Below, piece after piece: positions 35,701 through 40,630 of a stretch of DNA of 40,630 nucleotides. The stretch lies in the IMG/VR virus record IMGVR_UViG_3300045988_173266, one strand, 5' to 3'. Position 1 is the stretch's first letter. The number at the start of each line of letters is the position of its first letter. The position numbers were made by a program, and so were the translations under genes. Under the pieces are notes generated by a model. It was not told the origin of the DNA. It did no database searches and was given only the letters and a program-made list of their open reading frames with translations. The stretch comes from a virus.

Positions 35701-38389
35701 TGAAAAGTATCTCACGACGTTCGGCGACCCGATGACGGTTGCGCGATATTTCGATAAATACGAAAACGGATTTTATTCGGAGATGTTGGCGACCTTGCGT
35801 GAAAGCGCGACTAACGCTCAAATCGACGAGATGAATATCCGCGAGCCTATCGAGGACTTCATTAAAAAGAATAAGAAATACTTTAAAGAAGCCGAGAAAA
35901 AGACCGTAAAATACCAAGGGCAAGATATTCCGTTATTGCAAGCGATATATATTTATATGGCGATGAACGACGCGGACACTATTCCGTCGTTTGCAAAGTC
36001 GGGTTTTGTCTTTAACGACGGGGATTCGGATATAAGAATTGACGGTTTCGCAAAAAATGAAGACATTGAAGTTGCGGAAATGCAGGCAATGGCAAAGGAA
36101 ATACAATCTTCGCTCGAAAGTCAGTTTTCTGCGGCGGATAAAGAATATATCGGAATCGCAAGAAAAATCTTTAACGAGGTTTGCAGGCAGAAATATATTG
36201 ACACGAGCAACAACCTTAAAGGTTATGCCAATGTAAAAGAGGGCGATTATGTTCCTATCCGTAGGGCGAACATCGCTAAAAATATTGATACAAGCAATGT
36301 TGAATACGAGGTCAAAAGCGCGAGCAACCCTTCTTTCACAAAGGACAGAGTAAAAGGCGCAAAAGGCGAACTCCGTATAGACGGAATAGATACGGTGGTA
36401 GACAGGCATATCCGCGCGATTGCTTTATATGCCAATCTTGCTCCCGCGCTTGAAGAGTATAACAGACTATTCAACCTGAATACGGAAGAAGACAATAATA
36501 AACCCGTCAGCGTGGCTACCGAAAGCCGTAACGTGTGGGCGCAAGGCGACGAATATTTCAAGAAACTCATAAACGATATTAAGGGAATCCCCGCCGCAAA
36601 AGGCGACGGAATCAAGGCTATGGCGTTTATAAGAAGCGGCTATGCAAAGTTCCAACTCGGCGCAAATCCGAAAGTGTGGGTAACGCAGTTATCGTCGTTC
36701 TTCGCTTCGGGAAGTATTTTGGATTACACTTCTATCGTCAAAGGTATCGGAATAAAAACAAACGACGTTGACACCTACTGCGAACTTGCAAAATTGCGTA
36801 ATAACGATAATACCGCCGCTATGGCGCAAGGCGTTCTCGAAAAGGTAGATAAGGTCGGCAACGTGCTTATGAAGCCTATCGGAACGGTCGATAGATTCGT
36901 TATTGAAAAACTTTTCGGCGCGTGTCAGGTACAGGTTCAAAAGGACTACGGCTTGAAAATCGGTACGGAGGAGAATAAGGTCAAAGCGGGCGAACTGCTG
37001 AAACGCGTAATTCTCGAAACGCAACAGAATTCTATGGCTACGGAAAGGTCTTCGGCTATGCGTTCGGGTAGCGAGTTTATGAGAACGATAACGATGTTTT
37101 CCGCCGACTCAATGAAGGTCATAGGAAGAGTTGTAGATTCTATCGGAGAATTAAGCGCGTTAAAATCAAAGAAAAAAATTCTTACCGACGCAAACGAAAT
37201 CGCGAACATAAATAAACAGATAGAGCAGGCGACAAAGAAAGTTGCGAAATCCACGACTTCGCTTATAACTTCGGCTGTGTTTATGGCTCTCGTGGCGCAG
37301 TTGTTCAGAACACTTTACAACAAAGACGATGAAGACGATAATGTGGTCGCAAATATGACGACCGACGCTATCGGAAACCTTTTCGGCGGCTTACCGATTT
37401 TCAAGGATATTTATTCTCGCCTTGTAGAAGGATATGATATTGACGGTTACGCATATTCTGCGATAAACGATATGCTTGATAGCGCGGAAAACATTTTCAA
37501 GATGTGCGGGAACATTGTTTCCGGCGAGGCAACTTCGCAAGAGGTTGCAAAAAATATCAAGAATATGGTTTATGCGGCGGGGCAAATTTTCGGGCTGCCG
37601 GCACGAAATGTTTATAATGTCGCCTACGGATTAACGAAAAGAGTAAGTCTGTCTACCGCATACAAAATCGACACGGCTTTCTACAATAAGAAGTATACTT
37701 CCGATTTGAACAAGGCTATCGCGAGTGGCGATGACGATATGATTGCAACAATCGTCGAACTTATGACGAATGAACGGGTCGGGAGCATAGGCGATTCCGC
37801 CGTAAGTCAGGAACTCAATTCTCTTGTTACGAAAGGTTATGACGTAATCCCGCGAAGCGTCGGAAAAGAGATAACCTATAACGGCGAAGAAATAAGTTTA
37901 ACAAGCGGTCAGAGAAAACAGTTCAAGGAAGTATATTCTGTGGCGAATAAGGCGGTTGCAAGCCTTGTAAAATTATCTCAATACAAATCCGCGACCGACG
38001 ATGTAAAAGCAAAAGCGATTAAGTATATTTACAACGTATATTACAATCTTGCTCTCCAAGACTTGCTTGGAGAAGACCTTGAAACGAAAACAGTCTTATT
38101 CGCGGAAGCAATCGACGTAGAGAAACTCGCTATCATTGTCGCGACGGCTAATTCCTTAACCGCCGACCTCGATAAGAAAGGAAATGCGATAAGCGGAACT
38201 CGTAAGAGGAAAATTCAAGCCTATGTAAATTCGCTTAAACTTTCCGCCGCTCAAAAGTATATGGTTATGGGCTATCTCGGATTCAGTAATCTGAATGGCG
38301 AATCGCAAGTCAAAGCGTACATCAACCGCCTCAATCTCACGAAGTCAGAGAAAGAGAAACTTCTCAAATATAGCGGGTACGGGAAATGA
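29771..38389 (+). CDS. Giant (2872 aa) polyvalent-type virion protein with Gly/Ala-rich hydrophobic N-terminal region, zincin-like HExxH domain and ART-like domain
   Basis: Uninterrupted frame. HEYTH at nt 31427..31441 (aa 553-557). VVYHGTPKPNF...GNGIYFAESKEY...YEVYLNITNPYEV around nt 34100..34420. Hydrophobic AGAGAPAAVAQAASLATLGVSAAG and a C-terminal TM. Confidence 0.8.
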   Translation: MAYTLTPAERRARAQSLRENRENRKLYYDYLEKKAALEREQQIQRNAELQAEQEKANQSFLVRGLSTVGDIVANVLTGAVKGLEGIVDLGIGLVGGIGGIFDGDFQERAKNAIAYDWTGETFGNALQEALKYSYTTNGGIIENVASGIGQMLPSVVVSIATAGAGAPAAVAQAASLATLGVSAAGTSTEEAFQEGADYWAGLGYGTASGLVEVGTEKMFGGATKALTGAGILDGVTRSVADTGIKRIAKNALEEGFEEVVSELANPALKSIYKGSEAFNDYGNLDYWKGVGEAGLVGSLTALAYSGTVGYGLSKVGVGYVGKEADIADSLSEIATLKEKANNLQANGELIGVNEQKIADTTKKNYQNIEKVLQGVSEDKRSKLIEKFNLDKAFNTDGSMSGQLSSWFNSVGESAEVSDGSQNELASLKKDSYSFNLRGQEQTIASDLDAISENLANKYMAAKQEKGNNITIEQAREQVGKVKVFDGEMSDNAKQSRNKFNKALNYLNKESGANLSFVVTESNDAFNGLVIDDRTMYIGEDQFEKGTWAETLVHEYTHLSEGSEEYAKLVDFLSSDNVLVDDGNGGKVELWKKGQESVFDKNYGFDREKIQEIHDKIANAQELTADEQKYFKDFMSEVGAHETQYLLGNEEFIDRIVARDSSFAKKFLQKIENLRKAFERVGDKEARKAYKQIHEAEKLYLKAAAKAGDMKLVKFILSRNPDLEKEIDVSAEIKYNKKAKYLNISKQEYAIISSRIMEDNSSVMAKGGEIARYNTARSANYFYVYENFSEGNFGVLKQIALTDDKIKYINAIEAKIGESNGESVIRSTSELNRVLEVLKNKSRNDSRNNAYDSERRADSRNGELSIGQSESKRIGNTEKDDGNKRVKYSLKIGNENLTVDGEERKNLVALHNLSEEKLMKVLELGGFPMPSIAITRADLGHEQFGDITVIFGRETIDPKADSRNKVYSRDGYTPTVPKIDYKVNEKVLSKISKKYYELSKKFGYDTTRPLYKYVNDMERVLEDNAGEFATISQVYDDTDIMQLYLLDSGKEKIQPVYKEITESLPKERVEYLNSLINHLGKEAVLEITPKDGESLFTHRHNYAEKYRDKIAEFLVDGKIYKNTSEVFEDFKDIDLLRLVISARNFINNGATTTKSEFDSSATNKAIREATPQKEYHAWVDSLFEGIQEKTGIRNDKDIFTPSGNRRSFEATHDSYTLDNIIKAMKRAPIKGDGGFVGLNVNALAAKLSREFKSVAEIRKNADSLKTFNQEIQNNFIDTAREMISEIERLFVPQADNSIQSWTMLDGASTLIGEIADNGFTTEKQIADYMAREYKNTSYRYSKEVGDKILALFDYVRQMTDTDYFESKPRRAVEFKEIRDVLIPENASEKLIKALDEQGIEHITYTEKNTRSDIINKLDNIRFSLKEDSDGRKLSEGQKEYFKNSKVIDEDGNLMVVYHGTPKPNFSVFKLGDGALGNGIYFAESKEYSKGFSFGSNPYEVYLNITNPYEVNYPISDSITEKLIAKGYDGIHHKQNGFWVAFSPEQIKLVDNLTPTKNEDIRFDLKEDDLSKKYRYELSDGQIKKLIADKTMRKVYSKVESEKIINTILSESLGVGEKYGSLTGRAKSEVIEMLWRGLNTAEPGKQMKVALDVAEYIIQNSVLENLYEDSENSIYIDTINALKPYLHSLDLSALKGEIKYKFDNDNSAYLLWGKRKGERGLTADQVKMELGERGFFIDSDNEADIFFSMDSAYREAVSAMKKKSKELLSSALSGEERETLKNKIAREVLLAFDKNGKPSKFSKILEQYHKEALTWKRLYYDERTRNTVINRLLDKVQKIKEWKSGIFLNASQYNADIFKKSIDKLANIKFRGDLNQSGTRDIIAGLKEWYSQKNSILNDVYDSDIAEMLDDIATGEGKLTTQELRNLSNVVDHFKHFVETYNKVYRNGKYVEAQPIAEKYVSVMKRNKSVTVGWLKKYFEKYLTTFGDPMTVARYFDKYENGFYSEMLATLRESATNAQIDEMNIREPIEDFIKKNKKYFKEAEKKTVKYQGQDIPLLQAIYIYMAMNDADTIPSFAKSGFVFNDGDSDIRIDGFAKNEDIEVAEMQAMAKEIQSSLESQFSAADKEYIGIARKIFNEVCRQKYIDTSNNLKGYANVKEGDYVPIRRANIAKNIDTSNVEYEVKSASNPSFTKDRVKGAKGELRIDGIDTVVDRHIRAIALYANLAPALEEYNRLFNLNTEEDNNKPVSVATESRNVWAQGDEYFKKLINDIKGIPAAKGDGIKAMAFIRSGYAKFQLGANPKVWVTQLSSFFASGSILDYTSIVKGIGIKTNDVDTYCELAKLRNNDNTAAMAQGVLEKVDKVGNVLMKPIGTVDRFVIEKLFGACQVQVQKDYGLKIGTEENKVKAGELLKRVILETQQNSMATERSSAMRSGSEFMRTITMFSADSMKVIGRVVDSIGELSALKSKKKILTDANEIANINKQIEQATKKVAKSTTSLITSAVFMALVAQLFRTLYNKDDEDDNVVANMTTDAIGNLFGGLPIFKDIYSRLVEGYDIDGYAYSAINDMLDSAENIFKMCGNIVSGEATSQEVAKNIKNMVYAAGQIFGLPARNVYNVAYGLTKRVSLSTAYKIDTAFYNKKYTSDLNKAIASGDDDMIATIVELMTNERVGSIGDSAVSQELNSLVTKGYDVIPRSVGKEITYNGEEISLTSGQRKQFKEVYSVANKAVASLVKLSQYKSATDDVKAKAIKYIYNVYYNLALQDLLGEDLETKTVLFAEAIDVEKLAIIVATANSLTADLDKKGNAISGTRKRKIQAYVNSLKLSAAQKYMVMGYLGFSNLNGESQVKAYINRLNLTKSEKEKLLKYSGYGK
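32226..32426 (+). CDS. Candidate overprinted 66-aa ORF in an alternative frame inside the giant gene
   Basis: AGGAGA at 32215-20, 5 nt before ATG 32226. The translation looks like a folded helical protein, while the main frame is S/R/N/D low complexity over the same nucleotides. Confidence 0.3.
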   Translation: MENQLSEAQANLIECLKFLKISQETIVGIMLMIPKDEQIAEMANYLSDNPKASESEILKKTTEIRE

Positions 38390-38688
38390 AAAGGTTGTGG
38401 TTAAAATGTAAAGCCTTTATAAGGTGGATTTTGAAGCAACTTAAAGACAAGATGAATATCCTTATTTTCATTATCGTGTTTTTGGTGTTATCGTCGGAAG
38501 TGTGGATTCCGTATCTTTTGGCGATAATAACCGAGAATAAGTGGTGGTGGGGAATAGGTTCGGCTTGTTGGGCGTTTTGGCTCGCGCCGTTTACACCGTT
38601 TCTTCCGCTATGTCTTGCAATAACTTTCGGCGTTCGGAAAATCGTAGACAAAATTCGAGATAAACATAACAAAAAAGACGGGGAGTGA
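38386..38688 (+). CDS. Small membrane protein (about 3 TM); holin-like candidate
   Basis: ATGA overlap with the giant gene. ILIFIIVFLVLSSEVWIPYLLAII, WWWGIGSACWAFWLAPF, FLPLCLAITFGV. Confidence 0.55.
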   Translation: MKRLWLKCKAFIRWILKQLKDKMNILIFIIVFLVLSSEVWIPYLLAIITENKWWWGIGSACWAFWLAPFTPFLPLCLAITFGVRKIVDKIRDKHNKKDGE

Positions 38689-38702
38689 TTCCTCGTCTTT
38701 TT
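38671..38702. terminator. Bidirectional rho-independent terminator between convergent genes
   Basis: A6, then AAGACGGGGA / TCCTCGTCTT stem (one wobble) with a 5-nt loop, then T5. Serves the + operon and the minus-strand lipoprotein gene. Confidence 0.75.
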
Positions 38703-38707
38703 ATGCG

Positions 38708-39259
38708 TTATGCGAACTTCCCTTTGCGTACAAAAACAGTTCCTGTTATTGACTTGATACCGATATTTTCTGGGTTTGAATCGGGAAAATAAATTTGAAA
38801 ACTATCGCTCCTATACTCAATGGTAAATGAGCAATGAGAATAACCTTGATAATCAAGATTTGAAGTTGGAGAGTCTGACATATATGCTTGCCACAATGTT
38901 TCAGGTTGTACTGAAAACGTTATGGTTACATTATTGAAGTAGCAATCTTGCTTGCGAGACGTCTCAATATGCCCTATGCAGTACATTTTGTAGTATGTAA
39001 AGTTGTCGTTTGTCTTGTCCGATAAATAAGCATTACAATCGGTATAATACATATTGATTGCTATATAATCAGCGTAGTTTTCTTTTGTAATGGGGATAGA
39101 TTCATATTCTATATTATCATCTTGGCTGCTGCACGCGGTTAAGAATATACACGAGAAAATGAAAATTAAAAATGCTATACAAGTGATAAGTCTTTTTATT
39201 GTGGATAACTTAAAATTTTCGGGGGGGGGGGTAGACTTTTTAATGGAATTAACAAACAT
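38708..39259 (-). CDS. Lipoprotein (moron; superinfection-exclusion candidate)
   Basis: Signal peptide with lipobox: KRLITCIAFLIFIFSCIFLTAC then SSQDD. AGGAGG 7 nt upstream. The only minus-strand gene in the window. Confidence 0.7.
   Translation of the reverse strand: MFVNSIKKSTPPPENFKLSTIKRLITCIAFLIFIFSCIFLTACSSQDDNIEYESIPITKENYADYIAINMYYTDCNAYLSDKTNDNFTYYKMYCIGHIETSRKQDCYFNNVTITFSVQPETLWQAYMSDSPTSNLDYQGYSHCSFTIEYRSDSFQIYFPDSNPENIGIKSITGTVFVRKGKFA
39221..39231. repeat. G11 (C11 on the coding strand) homopolymer in codons 11-14 of the lipoprotein gene
   Basis: ttttcGGGGGGGGGGGtagac read directly; encodes T-P-P-P. Confidence 0.95.
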
Positions 39260-39286
39260 AAAACACGCCTCCTAATCGTCAAAAAT

Positions 39287-39315
39287 ATTATATCATATAT
39301 AGTGATTTTTCGCAA
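39287..39315 (-). promoter_or_regulatory. Promoter of the lipoprotein gene (TTGCGA-17-TGaTATAAT, extended -10)
   Basis: Reverse complement of 39310-15 is TTGCGA and of 39287-92 is TATAAT, with a 17-nt spacer ending in TGA. Confidence 0.6.
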
Positions 39316-39333
39316 GTAATTTCGAGTAAAGTG

Positions 39334-39362
39334 TTGAAAAATGTTGAACAGTATGGTATAAT
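39334..39362 (+). promoter_or_regulatory. Promoter of the DDE transposase gene (TTGAAA-17-TGgTATAAT, extended -10)
   Basis: TTGAAA at 39334-39, 17-nt spacer, TATAAT at 39357-62 preceded by TGG. Confidence 0.65.
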
Positions 39363-39395
39363 ATAAGTAGGAAAAAACGGAGGGGAAAACCAACG

Positions 39396-40421
39396 ATGAA
39401 AGGTATGAGATTTACGGCAAAAGAAAAAGAACGCGCTCTCAAAATGTGGCTAAATGAAAGCACCGACATAACGTTAGTTGCACATCGAATGAAGTGTACC
39501 GAGAGAACTCTTTGGCATTGGAAATCTCTCTATGACGGAACGCTTGCGAGTCTTGAAAATAAGTCATCGAGACCGCATACGCCTAATCCGAAATCTCACA
39601 CTAAAAAAGAAATTGAAAATATTAAAAAAATTTTTAATGAACACCCGGATATAAGTTACGCGGAAGCGTTCGGAAAGTTGCGAACGGATTGTGCATATTC
39701 AAGAACTTACTTCGGATTTTGGAGATTCGTCGTCAAAAGCGGAATCCGTCCGCATAAAGATGTTGTTGAAAAATATATTGAGAAACCTTATAATACGCCC
39801 GAAATGTTCGCAATCAAAATGCAAATGGACGTGAAGGTTGTTCCGAAAGAATGTAAGATAGGCGAATATAAAGACGAGAAGGACTTTCAGTATACAATAA
39901 TAGACGAGGCGACAAGAGAAAGATTTATCTATCCTTATAAAGAGCAAAGCACATACTCCACCGCTGACTTCTTAAAGAGAGCGTTTGTATATTTCGGTTA
40001 TCTTCCTGCAATAGTCCAAACGGATAACGGAACGGAATTTACTCCGCCAAAAAATGCGAAAGAAACGACGATTAACGCCGTAGATAGATTTTTGATTAAA
40101 TACGGAATTAAACATAAACTTATAAAACCGCGTACGCCGAGACACAATGGAAAGGTAGAGCGTTCTCATAGAACCGACCAAGAATGTTTTTATGACCATT
40201 TGCAATATTCTACTTACGAAGAACTGAAAGAGAAAATGGCAGAATGGCTTAATAGATATAACAATCGTCCGCACTCGTCTTTGCGGAATAGGGCAGGGAA
40301 AAGAGTTTGGTTGACTCCGCTGCAAAAGAGGGCGGAACTAATGGAAGATTATCTTAAAAGCGGTTTTAAGGACGAAAACGATAAGGAGATTAAAATCCGA
40401 TTCCTCAAAAAATCTGCTTAA
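39396..40421 (+). CDS. DDE (rve, retroviral-integrase-fold) transposase/integrase with N-terminal HTH; IS481/IS3-like
   Basis: HTH-like N-terminus. Catalytic D in MQMDVK, D in VQTDNGTEFT, E in NGKVERSHR. YNNRPHSSL tail. Confidence 0.8.
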   Translation: MKGMRFTAKEKERALKMWLNESTDITLVAHRMKCTERTLWHWKSLYDGTLASLENKSSRPHTPNPKSHTKKEIENIKKIFNEHPDISYAEAFGKLRTDCAYSRTYFGFWRFVVKSGIRPHKDVVEKYIEKPYNTPEMFAIKMQMDVKVVPKECKIGEYKDEKDFQYTIIDEATRERFIYPYKEQSTYSTADFLKRAFVYFGYLPAIVQTDNGTEFTPPKNAKETTINAVDRFLIKYGIKHKLIKPRTPRHNGKVERSHRTDQECFYDHLQYSTYEELKEKMAEWLNRYNNRPHSSLRNRAGKRVWLTPLQKRAELMEDYLKSGFKDENDKEIKIRFLKKSA

Positions 40422-40443
40422 ACTATCGACATAATATATAGAA

Positions 40444-40468
40444 ACTCCACGCAAGCGGAGTCTTTTCT
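40444..40468 (+). terminator. Weak intrinsic terminator after the transposase gene
   Basis: ACTCC(A)C-GCAA-G(C)GGAGT hairpin followed by CTTTTCT. Confidence 0.4.
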
Positions 40469-40490
40469 CATACGCCTCTATTAGATGTGT

Positions 40491-40519
40491 TTGACTTCTT
40501 TATCGAAAAGAGTTATAAT
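40491..40519 (+). promoter_or_regulatory. Sigma70-type promoter P1 (TTGACT-17-TATAAT) spanning the repeat junction
   Basis: TTGACT at 40491-96, 17-nt spacer, TATAAT at 40514-19 (same bases as 3-8). Confidence 0.6.
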
Positions 40520-40630
40520 ATCAATCAATAGGGGCGTTTTTCTTATGATTTTTCGTGGTGTTTTACAACTTTCAAAAAAATTTTCAAAAAATTTCTAAAA
40601 ATTACTGAAAAACGATTGACAAATCACAAA
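40512..40630. repeat. Terminal direct repeat copy 2 (identical to 1..119)
   Basis: Exact identity to 1..119. Confidence 0.95.

Noticed and set aside
35315-35923. 202-aa minus-strand ORF inside the giant gene, with several similar ORFs between 30758 and 37254
   Set aside because: They are antisense to a continuous 8.6-kb coding frame, with no ribosome binding sites and I/F/R-rich junk-like composition.
36039-36236. 65-aa + alternative-frame ORF inside the giant gene
   Set aside because: It has no SD and a highly basic, low-complexity translation (KLRKCRQWQRKYNLRSK...). It was kept only as a contrast to the more convincing 32226..32426 ORF.
39260-40530. Search for terminal inverted repeats defining an IS around the DDE transposase
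   Set aside because: Only short AT-rich chance matches were seen by eye (for example aaacac...ctaat). This is not enough to call IS ends, so no mobile_element boundaries are reported.
1-40630. CRISPR arrays, rRNA genes, and tyrosine/serine integrases
   Set aside because: I found no repeat-spacer periodicity, no rRNA-like segments, and no ORF with the R-H-R-Y motif of tyrosine recombinases or the motifs of serine recombinases.

Overview
The window is one complete dsDNA phage or prophage-derived genome. Bases 1..119 are identical to 40512..40630, so the unit is 40,511 bp and is either circularly closed or terminally redundant. Almost every gene is on the + strand with strong AGGAGG-type ribosome binding sites, which suggests a low-GC Gram-positive (Firmicutes-like) host; that host call is inference only.

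Gene order:
- Early control region with two consensus promoters, phased A-tracts and two leader terminators.
- RHH and XRE regulators.
- Recombination module: PD-(D/E)XK exonuclease, Rad52-like annealase, NinB/Orf-like mediator, HNH endonuclease and SSB.
- Replication initiator and DnaC-like loader.
- A C5-cytosine methyltransferase split by a G8 tract, carrying an unusually long, repetitive target-recognition region.
- PAPS-reductase-like protein.
- Late sigma/ArpU-like regulator.
- Two tRNAs: an initiator-like Met(CAT) and Gln(TTG).
- Small and large terminase subunits, portal, scaffold and major capsid protein.
- Tail proteins, including a BspA-type LRR fibre.
- A diversity-generating retroelement (DGR).
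- Three membrane proteins and a 681-aa protein.
- A 2872-aa polyvalent-type giant protein with a zincin HExxH motif and an ART-like domain.
- A divergently transcribed lipoprotein moron containing a G11/C11 tract.
- A DDE (rve) transposase/integrase.

The strongest system-level signal is the compact, apparently Avd-less DGR. Its target is the C-terminal lectin-fold tip of a tail-fibre protein. VR (24174..24284) and TR (24365..24475) differ only at TR adenines across the 3' 80 bp.

Secondary signals:
- Two long G homopolymers sitting in a methyltransferase and a lipoprotein gene, giving phase-variation-like architecture.
- An SD-preceded, protein-like 66-codon ORF overprinted in another frame inside the giant gene.
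- A tRNA acceptor/T-arm minihelix downstream of the capsid operon.

All calls come from reading the sequence and ORF translations. No database search was run.
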